DNA from: Candidatus Babeliales bacterium
GTDB lineage: Bacteria; Babelota; Babeliae; Babelales; Vermiphilaceae
DNA length: 64,000 nt
NCBI GenBank assembly: GCA_035940365.1
Contig: DASZEX010000033.1
Location: 1,991 to 65,990 of the forward strand
Reading direction: 5' to 3'
The position numbers and the translations under genes are program-made. The notes under the pieces were generated by a model. The model saw nothing but the letters and a program-made list of their open reading frames with translations. It did no database searches and was not told the DNA's origin. Every line of letters starts with the position of its first letter. The first letter of the stretch is position 1. Positions 38,868 to 49,549 of this stretch are shown here, one piece after another.

Positions 38868-39362
38868 ATGAAAAATACATATCTGTTATTAATTTTTGGA
38901 TTTATGATGTACGGAGCATTGGCAGCTGTACAGGAACAACCTAAAGTATTATTAAATACAAAAAATCTTGGTGATGGTTTCTATACTATCAAAGATGGTA
39001 ATGTAATAGCATTTAAAGATATGAAAGAATCTTCTGCATTGTCAAAAAATATATGCAAAGATGTATACAACGATTTGTTTGTAAATCCAGATTATTCTCC
39101 AGCCAAAAAAGCTGGTTATATGATTGGTGATGTAGGATTAGCTTTTGGATGTTTATATACGTGTGAATATATGGTCCATGGTAATTGGGCTGCAGCAGGT
39201 ATATCTTTACTTGCAACTGCATTGTCGGCCGGTTTATGTGTGATTGGATTGCAAAATGAGTCTGAAATATTTCGCCCATTAAAAGCCGAAATAACTATAA
39301 AAACAGCATTATTTTTTGCCGCGATGGGCCTGACATCCCGATTGAACCCAGGAAAAAACTGA
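38868..39362 (+). CDS. hypothetical membrane protein
   Basis: Start at ATG MKNTYLLLIFGFMMYG; several C-terminal TM helices. Confidence 0.45.
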   Translation: MKNTYLLLIFGFMMYGALAAVQEQPKVLLNTKNLGDGFYTIKDGNVIAFKDMKESSALSKNICKDVYNDLFVNPDYSPAKKAGYMIGDVGLAFGCLYTCEYMVHGNWAAAGISLLATALSAGLCVIGLQNESEIFRPLKAEITIKTALFFAAMGLTSRLNPGKN

Positions 39363-39380
39363 TTCAAAAGGTAAGTGATA

Positions 39381-40127
39381 TTATCTGTTATTTGTTACAT
39401 ATCCTATGTATAACGCAATAGATCCGGCAATGGCGGCATTAAGACTTTCAGTGCCGCCGGGCATGGCAAGGGTAATATGTGTTTGGCAATCATTGAGCCA
39501 TCTTTGTGGTAGTCCATGTGCTTCATTACCTATTACCAGTAAACTTTGGGCAATGGCAGCTTTTTCTGGTTTTATGCCACCTTCAACTACCAATGCACAT
39601 AATGGAATATGTGTATGTTTAATAAGTATATCCCAGGATGAATTATATATAGTAACCAATGCTATAGTACCTGCGGTAGCTTGAATAACTTTTGGACTCC
39701 AGGGATCGCAGCCCTCTACTATTATTACGGTTTTGACTCTCATAGCTGCAGCTGTGCGAATTAGGGTTCCCATATTACCCGGATTGGTGATATTTGCCAG
39801 CACAAGGCCTGGTGTCATGGCAAGCAAACTTATTTCTTTTGGGATGACAAATATACCAACAATACCACTGGGCGTGCTGGTACTACTTATTTTTTTTATT
39901 AAAGCATCAGAAACTATAACAGGCTCAATGTCAATAGATGAAGCTACCTCTTGGTACGTATCTTCAGTGCAAAAAAGATAATGCAGCACAAGGCCAGCTT
40001 CATACATAGTTTGGCAGGTACGCAACCCTTCAGCTATACATTCTTGATGTTTCTGCCTATAGGCACGATCTTGCAATTTAGTTGCATGTTGAATAAGTGG
40101 ATTTTGTACGGATGTTATATATTTCAC
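39381..40127 (-). CDS. TrmH/SpoU-family RNA 2'-O-methyltransferase
   Basis: 248 aa; NPGNMGTLIRTAAAM, VIGNEAHGL, ESLNAAIAGSIALY motifs. Confidence 0.85.
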   Translation of the reverse strand: MKYITSVQNPLIQHATKLQDRAYRQKHQECIAEGLRTCQTMYEAGLVLHYLFCTEDTYQEVASSIDIEPVIVSDALIKKISSTSTPSGIVGIFVIPKEISLLAMTPGLVLANITNPGNMGTLIRTAAAMRVKTVIIVEGCDPWSPKVIQATAGTIALVTIYNSSWDILIKHTHIPLCALVVEGGIKPEKAAIAQSLLVIGNEAHGLPQRWLNDCQTHITLAMPGGTESLNAAIAGSIALYIGYVTNNR

Positions 40128-41263
40128 TACAAATCTCCATCACATATACGTTGGCGGTATTGTGCCATTAATTGCATCATAAAATGAATATTATGAATAG
40201 AAGCAAGAGTATATCCGGTCATTTCGTGTGCTTTAAATAAATGGTGTATATATGCACGGGAATAATGTTGGCATACCATGCAGATACAGCCAGGTTCTAG
40301 TGGGCCAAAATCATTCTTATTGCTGCTATTTAAAATTTTTAAATTGCCATACTGAGTAAATAGTAAACCATGGCGAGCACAGCGGGTAGGATGTGATGAA
40401 TCAAACGTATCTATACCTAGTGGTATACCTGTAGCAAGTGAAGGTAGATCGCCTATACCCAATAAATGATTTGGCTTGTCCTGAGGCAATTTAGGCATAA
40501 GGGTAGTAAGCATGGTGATCATTTCTTCTCTGGTTTTTCCAAGGCTTCCCCCAATAGCATACCCATCAAAAGGTAATGAAGCCAGATATGCACAGCTATG
40601 TGCACGTAGTGCATCATCAATACCTCCATGAATTACTGCATACATAGCTTGGTTTTGTGGATTCTTTTTATGTTCCTGCAGCGAACGTGTTTCCCAGCGA
40701 TGTGTGCGTTCAAGCGACTGTACCAGAGCCTGTTTATCAATATGATATGGTGGTAATTCATCAAATGGAATAATAATATCAGCACCCAATTGCTTTTGTG
40801 CTTGCACTGATGACTCTGGCGTTAATAATAAAGAAGAACCATCACGATATGATTTAAATAAAACGCCTTCCTCATTAATAGTAATAACGGCATTAGAGCC
40901 TTTTTTGGTTCCTTGACTTTTCAGTTCATCATGTACAGTGCCATAGGCTAAACTAAATACTTGAAAGCCTCCTGAATCGGTAATGAGAGGCATAGTGCGA
41001 TGCATAAAGGTATGCAAACCGCCTGCTTTTTGAATGATATCGGTACCAGGCTGAATCATTAAATGGTAGGTATTGCAAAACATAAGTTGCACACCCAGTT
41101 CGGTGGCGAGCTTAGTGTCAATAGCCTTGAGTGATGCATTAGTACCTACTGGCACAAAATTAGGAGTATCAATAATGCCATGAGGTGTATGGATGCGTCC
41201 CACTCTGGCACGTGATTTTTTTGATGTATACAGTAATTCAAACCAAAAATAAGGATTTTGCAT
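40127..41263 (-). CDS. tgt: tRNA-guanine transglycosylase (queuine tRNA-ribosyltransferase)
   Basis: 378 aa; TPNFVPVGT, TDSGGFQVFS, GGSLGK, zinc site CxCxxC...H (CICMVCQHYSRAYIHHL). Confidence 0.95.
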   Translation of the reverse strand: MQNPYFWFELLYTSKKSRARVGRIHTPHGIIDTPNFVPVGTNASLKAIDTKLATELGVQLMFCNTYHLMIQPGTDIIQKAGGLHTFMHRTMPLITDSGGFQVFSLAYGTVHDELKSQGTKKGSNAVITINEEGVLFKSYRDGSSLLLTPESSVQAQKQLGADIIIPFDELPPYHIDKQALVQSLERTHRWETRSLQEHKKNPQNQAMYAVIHGGIDDALRAHSCAYLASLPFDGYAIGGSLGKTREEMITMLTTLMPKLPQDKPNHLLGIGDLPSLATGIPLGIDTFDSSHPTRCARHGLLFTQYGNLKILNSSNKNDFGPLEPGCICMVCQHYSRAYIHHLFKAHEMTGYTLASIHNIHFMMQLMAQYRQRICDGDL

Positions 41264-41383
41264 AACTATGTAATCTATTAAAAATTAAAATATGAGAATG
41301 ATTCTTTATAAATATACTAAAAAGCAATCATTTAGCAATAATGCATTTCAAATAGAAATGTGTCATGTATGTTTTTGTTGATA

Positions 41384-42812
41384 CTATTCAGACCACCATC
41401 CAGACCATCCAAGTCCAAATCTAGATTGTTTTTGTTTTTTAGGAAATTTTTCAGCTAATTCAGAGATGTTGCTAGGTTTAATTTTAGAAGGTGGTTGTCC
41501 GGGACTAGGTGTTTTTCCTGTCGGCGGTTGATTCGGTTGTGTTTTTGTAATTGAAGGTGGGGTACCTGCTGGCGCTGGAGATGGAGCGCCTACTGGTGTA
41601 GTAGAGATTTGTTCACCAGTTACTGTGGGTGGCGTTGGGGGAGTTTCTGGTGGTGTAACTACTGAAGTAGGTGGCTGCACAATAGATGTTTGTCCTGTTG
41701 GCGGTTGAATAGGTTGTATTGCTTCTGTAGTTTGGGGATATAGTACCTGTTGATGTAATAGTAGGAACTTGTCCTTCAGTTAATGTGAGCGGTGCTGGTG
41801 GAGTTTCTGGTGGTGCTATAAAGGATGGCTCACCTACTTCAGTAGGTGGAGGCGAAATAGGTGTTGGTTCTATTGGCGGTTGAATAGACTGTATTGGAGG
41901 AGTTTTTGGTGGTATTTGAATAGAAGTTGGTGATGGCGTTATATTTGGCGACTTAGCCGGTGTTGCTTTACTACCTTGCAACCATTCGCCCCAACTAGTA
42001 ACTTTTCGACCGGTTTGCTCAATACCACCCCCTATATCACTCAGTGATGGTATTTGATTCCAGTATTTGTACGTTAAATATCCTAATCCACTTGCAAGAA
42101 ATAATCCCCAGACAACTTTTCTTTTAGGTCCACCGGCCAAGAGTTCTGTGGTAGCAGAAACTCCTTTTAATACTAAACCATGTGTACGAGGCATATCAAC
42201 CCAAATAATAGCTGCAAAATCAACGATGTCATTATATATTCTGGTCCAAAACCTACTTAATGGACTATATCCACCAATATTAACTTGCATATATCCCTGT
42301 AATTTAGATGGTATTTTTTCGCCACCTGATAACAGTGTTGGGCTTGCATTATTAATATCTTCAATAAGATATGCATTTAATTTATTTTTTAATGATTCCC
42401 ATGCGGTGCTGATGTTATTTTTTTCTGTATTGGATAATGTTCCGGCTACTTGTAATGCAATAAGTGCATCTTCAAATTCCTTATATTTAGTAGGAAATGT
42501 ACTATAGATAAACATTCCTTGATCTAAGAATTTATCTGAAACGAGTGCCTTTTCAGCATATTTTGCGTGTAGGGGTGGTTGTCCTGGTAATTGTATTTTA
42601 ATAATAAAATGTTCAGCATTTTCAGCTGATTTATCTATAGCAAAGGATGCAGCAAATGGTTCGCGATAAAGCGGATAGCTAGTAATTCTGCTTATGGTTT
42701 CTCCAGGCCTTTGGTATATATATCCTAAGCCCTTTTTTATTGCTCCCATATTATAACTTGAACTAGGTGCCAATAATAATAATATGAATATTTGTTTTAT
42801 ATACGTATTCAT
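41384..42812 (-). pseudogene. exported/TM protein with Pro-rich repeat tail, reading frame broken (+1) inside the repeat region
   Basis: ORFs 41613..42812 and 41384..41680 overlap in different frames. Both carry PPETPP(A/T)P..T.(T)(E)GQ repeat units. The second frame is open from ~41775 and ends ...FGLGWSGWWSE. G4 run at 41734-41737 is a likely slip site. Confidence 0.55.
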
Positions 42813-43777
42813 TATTTATTACCTCCAAAGATTTTGCTTGGCCATAATTTGGTTGCAGTATAGCCTAAAGCGCCAATACCAAGCAGCCTCAGCATTGTCC
42901 ATTTATTGTATAACACTTTTTTTGCTGTAGTGGCTAAGGGTTCTATTGGAGCAACATCTACATGCAACGCAGTACCAAGTTTTTGTATTTCTGAATATAT
43001 GATTCTAAATGGTTTACTTATTGCATTATCTTGAGCCAGATTAGTTGTATAATTTAGGCTTCCAAAAAATAATGCCATGAAAAAATTATTAATACTGGAA
43101 TCATTTGCAGCAATAATGTTTTTGTAGGTACCAGGCAATGAAGCCTGTAAGCCTTCAATAATATTATTAATAAAAACATTGTGCCAATTATTTATATTTT
43201 TTTCAATTTCATTATAGGTTACTAATGTTTCTTCGCTTGATTTATCTTTATTAAATATAGCTATCATAAATTCGCCAAGTAATTTTTTAAATCGCTCTAT
43301 TGCATTCTCTTCTATAGTTATGCTTTTTTCAATTCTTTTTCCAAATGAAATTAAGCTTGTAATTTTATCATGAATAGAAGTTTGAAATCTTTTTATATCA
43401 TTTTGTATTTTGGTAATAAGAGGATCGATAATTTTAGATGGAAGTTGGGTATTTTCCGAAGTTTTTGGTATTGTATTATTTATAGCTAAGTCATACTTAT
43501 CAATTAATTGTGAATCAAAAGTAAATATAAAATTATCTTGGAAAAAAAGTTTGGAAATTTGATTATATACACCTTGGCCCTCTTGTTTAATAAATAATGG
43601 CTTATGCAAACTTTGTATTTTTATATAAAATGTTCCGTCGGCTCTTTTATATAATGTACAATGGCAATCTATATTTCCTACATCCCATATTGGTTTTATT
43701 GATTGCATTGCATATATAGGGGCAATAAGTGTACATGCAAGGTATGCAATACTATAGTTATTAATATATTTCTCCAT
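42812..43777 (-). CDS. hypothetical exported/TM protein, tandem paralog of 41384..42812
   Basis: 321 aa; YIKIQSLHKPLFIKQEGQG vs FIIKIQLPGQPPLHAKYAEKA; C-terminal TM LLGIGALGYTATKLW vs GLFLASGLGYLTYKYW; 1-nt stop/start overlap (TAATG). Confidence 0.5.
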   Translation of the reverse strand: MEKYINNYSIAYLACTLIAPIYAMQSIKPIWDVGNIDCHCTLYKRADGTFYIKIQSLHKPLFIKQEGQGVYNQISKLFFQDNFIFTFDSQLIDKYDLAINNTIPKTSENTQLPSKIIDPLITKIQNDIKRFQTSIHDKITSLISFGKRIEKSITIEENAIERFKKLLGEFMIAIFNKDKSSEETLVTYNEIEKNINNWHNVFINNIIEGLQASLPGTYKNIIAANDSSINNFFMALFFGSLNYTTNLAQDNAISKPFRIIYSEIQKLGTALHVDVAPIEPLATTAKKVLYNKWTMLRLLGIGALGYTATKLWPSKIFGGNK

Positions 43778-43897
43778 TTCCCCTACTCCTATCTATCTAT
43801 TATAATTATTTCCTATTGCGCAATCAAATTGCAATAGTTTAATAAAAATAGATAAAAAGAATAGTTATATACTAATACTATTGGTGTTATATATATG

Positions 43898-44233
43898 TTA
43901 CTCTGATAATAAAATGATGGGGCTATAACGAAGAATATTGAGTGTAGGATAATATAAGATACTTAAGGCTGTTTTATTTATTTCCGGATGTTTAGAAAGA
44001 ATGCTACCGGTTTGGCTTGCCAAAAACTTAAGCCATAGAATTCTTGGATTTTTTTTGGCTACCAATGTTATCAATTGCTGTATTGCGGATGCCTTTGAAC
44101 TATAGGGTGAAACTGCTGCAGTTGGTGTAAATTTTTCGTGCAATTTAGGAATAGAAGGAGGCCGAAACATAGACATAGTTATGCTATAGGTACATGTAAT
44201 AAGAAATAAAAAGTTTTGTATATAATGTTTCAT
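43898..44233 (-). CDS. hypothetical secreted protein
   Basis: 111 aa with N-terminal hydrophobic segment. Confidence 0.4.
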   Translation of the reverse strand: MKHYIQNFLFLITCTYSITMSMFRPPSIPKLHEKFTPTAAVSPYSSKASAIQQLITLVAKKNPRILWLKFLASQTGSILSKHPEINKTALSILYYPTLNILRYSPIILLSE

Positions 44234-44368
44234 ATGCCTTTAACCTACTTATATTAATTCTAATATAATTATACATAGATAAGTATAATAAAGACAATAT
44301 TTTATATCAAACTTTGTTAAATCATATTTGAACTAATAGGCAATGAAACGAATAATAATCAAATATAA

Positions 44369-46867
44369 TTACCAATCATATGATGTGCCAAAATGCACTT
44401 GATGTGAACTTTCACCAGGGGCTGGATCTATTTTAAAACCCCAGTCAATACGTATAGGCATAGGTTGCAAAATACGCAGTCCAAAACCTACTGCATGTCT
44501 ATAATTAAATTTATTATTAATAAACGTTGGTGGTGCGTTCTCTGGCACATAAGGGTTATCCCAACCAGCACCCCCATCATAGAATAAAAGACCTTTCATG
44601 GTCATACTTGGATTAATAGGAAATACCAATTCTGCATTTACATAAAATGCTTTTTGTGCACCTATACTGTCACTAATACCTTGTGCTTTAAATTTAGGAC
44701 TTATATCACCAAACCCATAGCCACGTACCGTTGCATCACCACCAATATGAAATAGTTTTCCATAGGGAATAGTACGATTACCAATAGGTTGAGCAATACC
44801 AAAAAAACCATGTAGATGAAATACCAAATCGCGCTCACCAATAAGCGGTGTGAACCAATGCGCTTCCAGTTCGGTAGTATAAAAGCTTATAGGACTATCA
44901 AAGCTTGGTACTGCAACGCGGGAGGCAAGCCGAATTCGATGTCCTCTGCTTGGATGAATAGGATGATTGCGAACATCTTGTTCAGCAGCAAATAAAAGCC
45001 ACGTAAATAAACCAGTCTGAAATTCATTAGTAATAAGATTTTGATACAGAATATTGCTTTTCAGAACACAATCTACAATATCAGGATTTTTATCAGGGCG
45101 AGGAACAATTTCTTGTATCACTGGCTGAGTTTCATATTTGATGTTATCTATGCCCAATCCCGCCATCAGTTGCATATTGTGAATCATATAAACCCATGGT
45201 GGTATTATATAACCGAATGATAATGATCCGCCTGTGAGCTTTTCATGTATTGCACGTGCTTTAATATGATGCAATTGGCTATATGATGGTCGTTTGTGAT
45301 ACAAGTCAAAAGCGCCGGTAATCGGTTTATCAAATAACCAAGGCTGTGCAATATGAAATTGTGCACTTTTATCATCTTTTGCCCAACTGAGTGCCAAATT
45401 AATACGTGTACCATAGCCAAACAGATTAGTATCAGAAAATTCACCGGTCATAGTAATACCAGAGGCAGGAGATGCTTTATTACTTTCTTTTCCACCATAA
45501 CTCAGTTGAAAACCAAGATGGCCTGTTTTTGCTTCTTTTACTACTAAATCAAGATCAGCAGTATCTTCTGATTGTTTTATAACTTTCCATTGCACACCTT
45601 CTGCCGGATCAAAGTAACCAAGGGCTGAAACGTTATTTTTTGAATTTTCCATAAGCCGTTTGGTTATAGTGGTTCCCTCCTGCAATGCAAGTACGCGGCG
45701 AATAACTTTATCACGCGTTTTTTTATTTCCTTTAATAGTAATCTTGCGCAAAGTAATAGGATTACCTATGTCAGAATATAAGATAATATCAATGGTTCGC
45801 GTTTCTTTATTAAGTTCAATAGATGGATTAATATGGGCAAAGATATACCCTTGATCACCCCAGAGAGTTTCAAGTCGTTTTATTGCTGCTGTTAATTTTT
45901 CACGTGAATATACGTCACCAGTACGGATAGAAATAGCAGCAAGCAATACTGATTCAGGTAAAATATCATTGCCAGGAGCTTGAATAGAACCAATATAATA
46001 TTGATCGCCTTCATCAACGGTAAATATCATATGCATATGATATGTTTCTGGATCAACATCAGTTTCTACATTAGTCACGCGAGCATTTAAAAATCCGCGG
46101 TTTTGGTATAAATCTTCAATTTTATATTTATCTGCTTCTGTTTTACCTGGATGATAGGTGCCAGATTTATCAAGAAAACTGAGTAGCCAATCCTCTTTGG
46201 TTATAATAGTTGCACGTAGTTCTTTATCATTAATAGAATTATTACCCTCAAATGAAATCCGTTTGACTACAGTTTTTTGTCCTTCGTGTACCGTAAATAC
46301 CGCTGTTACTTTATTATTATCTTCAGGATCAAGGTCCAAGCGGGTATCTATGATTGCATCATGATATCCTTTTTCATGATACATATCTTTAATTTTTTGC
46401 GCATACCGCTTTAATTCAGATTCCATAATAGAACTTATAGTGGTGAATGGGATTTTCTTGAATATATCTTTATCTGTTAGCGCACAGTTGCCTTTTATTA
46501 TTACTTCTTTTAATCGTTTTTTTTCTGTTACTTCTACAATAAGAATAAGAGAATTTGGTCCATTTTCTTTGCCATATAAACGTATATTTTCAAAGTGGCC
46601 CAGCGCAAATAAGCTATGGATAGCTTTGCGTGTTTTGATAGGATCAAAAACATCCCCTACCAAATAAGGCAGCGCGTGCAGAATTATAGAATCTTGCACG
46701 GTATTATTCCCCTTTACCTGAATAGCATCTACTATACGTTTATCTGACCATGCAAATGCATCATCAACTACAGTTTCATCAGCATATATAGCAGCAAAAG
46801 CTATACCCAATACACTACATATAAGCATTAAAATACTAGGCGTTGTATATTTTTTCATACTACTCAA
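44369..46867 (-). CDS. bamA: outer membrane protein assembly factor BamA (Omp85)
   Basis: 832 aa; signal peptide, repeated POTRA-like units (VKGNNTVQDSIIL..., IKGNCALTDKDI..., FEGNNSINDKELR..., IKGNKKTRDKVIRR), C-terminal beta-barrel ending HFGTSYDW. Confidence 0.9.
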   Translation of the reverse strand: MSSMKKYTTPSILMLICSVLGIAFAAIYADETVVDDAFAWSDKRIVDAIQVKGNNTVQDSIILHALPYLVGDVFDPIKTRKAIHSLFALGHFENIRLYGKENGPNSLILIVEVTEKKRLKEVIIKGNCALTDKDIFKKIPFTTISSIMESELKRYAQKIKDMYHEKGYHDAIIDTRLDLDPEDNNKVTAVFTVHEGQKTVVKRISFEGNNSINDKELRATIITKEDWLLSFLDKSGTYHPGKTEADKYKIEDLYQNRGFLNARVTNVETDVDPETYHMHMIFTVDEGDQYYIGSIQAPGNDILPESVLLAAISIRTGDVYSREKLTAAIKRLETLWGDQGYIFAHINPSIELNKETRTIDIILYSDIGNPITLRKITIKGNKKTRDKVIRRVLALQEGTTITKRLMENSKNNVSALGYFDPAEGVQWKVIKQSEDTADLDLVVKEAKTGHLGFQLSYGGKESNKASPASGITMTGEFSDTNLFGYGTRINLALSWAKDDKSAQFHIAQPWLFDKPITGAFDLYHKRPSYSQLHHIKARAIHEKLTGGSLSFGYIIPPWVYMIHNMQLMAGLGIDNIKYETQPVIQEIVPRPDKNPDIVDCVLKSNILYQNLITNEFQTGLFTWLLFAAEQDVRNHPIHPSRGHRIRLASRVAVPSFDSPISFYTTELEAHWFTPLIGERDLVFHLHGFFGIAQPIGNRTIPYGKLFHIGGDATVRGYGFGDISPKFKAQGISDSIGAQKAFYVNAELVFPINPSMTMKGLLFYDGGAGWDNPYVPENAPPTFINNKFNYRHAVGFGLRILQPMPIRIDWGFKIDPAPGESSHQVHFGTSYDW

Positions 46868-46998
46868 TATATTGATTATTATGTTTGGCTCCGCATGTTG
46901 GATTATACTTATACTACTCTTTTTTTATGGTATGACTAGTCAGAAGATGTGCAGCATGCGTTTTGAAAGTAAAAAATAAGTGTATCTAGTATAATAAG

Positions 46999-48645
46999 TT
47001 ATTCCAATACAAGACGATTAGCTTTTTTTGGTTCTTTTATTTTGATTGTACGTGGTTGTGGCCAAAGCCATGATTTAAATAATCTATAAGTAGTAGAAAA
47101 AGCTGCTATAGGTAATGCAGCAAAACTGAAAAAACTAAGAAAGGTGTTCCTGCCATCATATTCATCATAATTTTTGAGTATGTTGTATATTTTTGCTAAA
47201 GATTTTTTGTTTATTACTATAGTAGTAGAATTAGATCTGTTCATAATTGACAATAGGGGATCTTTTATTAATGTAGGTTTAATGGTATGTACAGCATGTA
47301 AAACTGATATATGATCATCAAAAGAGAGAATTTCATGCTCTATTTGGTCATATTTTTTATCACTCCATTTTTCAAGATTATTCTGACAATATTTGAGCCA
47401 GAGGAAAAATGCACCTATTACTGATAATGTGCATGCACCAAGAGCAATAAACCGTTTAGGCCAGTACCATTTTGACCAAATAGACAACGTATTTTTATTA
47501 TGTAACATATGCTTATATTCATTAATATTCAAAGGAACATGATTTAATGTTACTATTTTTTCAGGCATTGAATCCAAATTATCAAAACATGCTGTCGGCA
47601 GAGTACTTATATCAATTGTTGCTTTTGGGCTAAAAACACTATTAGCTAATGCCATAGTATCAACATCATATAATCTACGAATGCTTTTATTGCCAATGGT
47701 TAATTTATCAATGTGTATAAAGCTATATTCATATTTTACATGAAATTTTGTCCTATTATATTCATGAAATTTTGCTATTAAAGGAAGATGTGTCCGATCT
47801 ATTGGATCTTTTATGGATATATTTGGTTTATTTTCTGCATTAAATTTTTCATTAGTACAATAATAAAATTCGTGTAATGATGTACGTGGTTGATCATTTA
47901 ACCATATTGAACGACGGTTTAATGCATCCATACATTTGCCAAATAGTATGCGGGCAGGGTCTTGTGTATACCATTGCTCAAGTCCTGAAACGGGACGATA
48001 TTCTATTTTCAGTTCAGCATTAATATCTAACATTGTTTTATGATCAATATCGAACTTAGTATCTTTACCAACATTGTTCCACAAAGTAGATACATTAGGA
48101 TTATACATAGCCATATATAAGGCACAACAGAATGATGTATGATCGTTCTGATTATCTGCCTGCATAGCCAATAGTTTTTGGGTCGGCTTATCTGCACTAT
48201 CAAAGATTTGTTCATATAAAGTGAGCAAAGGTAGATTTTTATATATATCTTTAGGCCGAGCTTTTAATCTATTGGCAATAGATGTAGTAATGAATGCTTG
48301 CTGTTCTGCTATGCCGGCAGATAAAAAATTGTTTAAATGCAATAAAGGTTCAACATCTTCATCAGTAATAGGGCTGTTGTTCCAGTATTGCCAAGACAGA
48401 ATAGAAGAGGGTTTATTTTCTACTAGATCAAAAAACTGTTTTATATGTTTATAGTCAAATTCTTGTAATGTTATTTTTTCTTGTTTCAATTGAGTATTAG
48501 ATTGCAATGAAAAAAATGAATATTTATCTGTGATAGTTGATGGAATAGTAATGTGACCCTGAGGATGGTCAATAGTATACAATTTATTATTGTTCATACC
48601 TATTAATGGAAATATGATACATAATAATAGAAATATAATAAACAT
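46999..48645 (-). CDS. hypothetical membrane protein, paralog 1 (possible BTB-like N-domain)
   Basis: Start at MFIIFLLLCIIFPLIGM by analogy with the paralog. HPQGHITIPSTITDKYSFFSLQSNTQLKQEKITLQEFDYKHIKQFF nearly identical to 49550..51355. Confidence 0.55.
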   Translation of the reverse strand: MFIIFLLLCIIFPLIGMNNNKLYTIDHPQGHITIPSTITDKYSFFSLQSNTQLKQEKITLQEFDYKHIKQFFDLVENKPSSILSWQYWNNSPITDEDVEPLLHLNNFLSAGIAEQQAFITTSIANRLKARPKDIYKNLPLLTLYEQIFDSADKPTQKLLAMQADNQNDHTSFCCALYMAMYNPNVSTLWNNVGKDTKFDIDHKTMLDINAELKIEYRPVSGLEQWYTQDPARILFGKCMDALNRRSIWLNDQPRTSLHEFYYCTNEKFNAENKPNISIKDPIDRTHLPLIAKFHEYNRTKFHVKYEYSFIHIDKLTIGNKSIRRLYDVDTMALANSVFSPKATIDISTLPTACFDNLDSMPEKIVTLNHVPLNINEYKHMLHNKNTLSIWSKWYWPKRFIALGACTLSVIGAFFLWLKYCQNNLEKWSDKKYDQIEHEILSFDDHISVLHAVHTIKPTLIKDPLLSIMNRSNSTTIVINKKSLAKIYNILKNYDEYDGRNTFLSFFSFAALPIAAFSTTYRLFKSWLWPQPRTIKIKEPKKANRLVLE

Positions 48646-48808
48646 ATACGTAATACTATTAAAATTTAAAATATGTGACTTAGTATAATTATTTTTTTGC
48701 CCATTATCAAAAAAAATAATTATCAATTGTTTAATTGACACATTAATATAAAAATGAAAAACTATTATTAATTTTCTTGTTATGCAAATAATTCAAATAA
48801 AGGTCTAT

Positions 48809-49465
48809 ATGAAATCTATAAAGAAATATGTCCCCCTGTTATCGATATGCCTGCTTTATACACAATGTACTTTGGGTATGTTTGGTTGGGGCAATAGTAA
48901 TAGAAAAATTGCTGCAGAAACATTTAATCTTATTACATTAAGTACCTCCGAGAAAGAAGACGATAAAAAACTTGCGCAAAATCTTGCTGAAAAATTACTA
49001 AAGCCATCTGCACATAGGCAAAAAAAATCGCAAAACGGTTTATTGCTTAGCGGTTTAGCTACTGCAGCATTAATCGGTGGTGTATTTTTCGCATTCAAAA
49101 AATCTGAATCTTTGTGCATGCAAGTCGGTTCCTGTATGTCTACTATTCTTGGAATAAGTTTCGTCAATACTTTTTGGAACCAAACAGATAAATATGGTAA
49201 GGTAAAAAATTTAGTAAGCAAAAAAGAGAAAACTATAAGAGATTGGACAGATTTGACTGAAGTAGGCCAATCTCTTATAGAAAATAATATTCAAAATATA
49301 GGCATACAAACAGATGCGTTTAAATCAACACATTTTAAATTACAGAGCAACTATGATACGCAAAAGGTAGAAAAAATAGTTTGGAATATGAAAAATCCGG
49401 GATTTGTAGCTCGTGTACTTGAAGGTACCTATAATAAATCTACATGGAAGTTTATAGAAGAATAA
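48809..49465 (+). CDS. hypothetical membrane protein
   Basis: Start at MKSIKKYVPLLSICLLY; internal TM; lies between the two paralogs. Confidence 0.45.
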   Translation: MKSIKKYVPLLSICLLYTQCTLGMFGWGNSNRKIAAETFNLITLSTSEKEDDKKLAQNLAEKLLKPSAHRQKKSQNGLLLSGLATAALIGGVFFAFKKSESLCMQVGSCMSTILGISFVNTFWNQTDKYGKVKNLVSKKEKTIRDWTDLTEVGQSLIENNIQNIGIQTDAFKSTHFKLQSNYDTQKVEKIVWNMKNPGFVARVLEGTYNKSTWKFIEE

Positions 49466-49549
49466 TATTCATAACTATCTGATATAAACACCACAATTTA
49501 CTGAAATTGCTGATGCTTTATTGAAAGTGCATGATACCAAGAAATAATG

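Noticed and set aside
48646-48741. N-terminal 32-codon extension of paralog 46999..48741
   Set aside because: The paralog at 49550..51355 starts at the equivalent of the internal Met (MFII(F/Y)(L/I)LL...). The extension has no counterpart.
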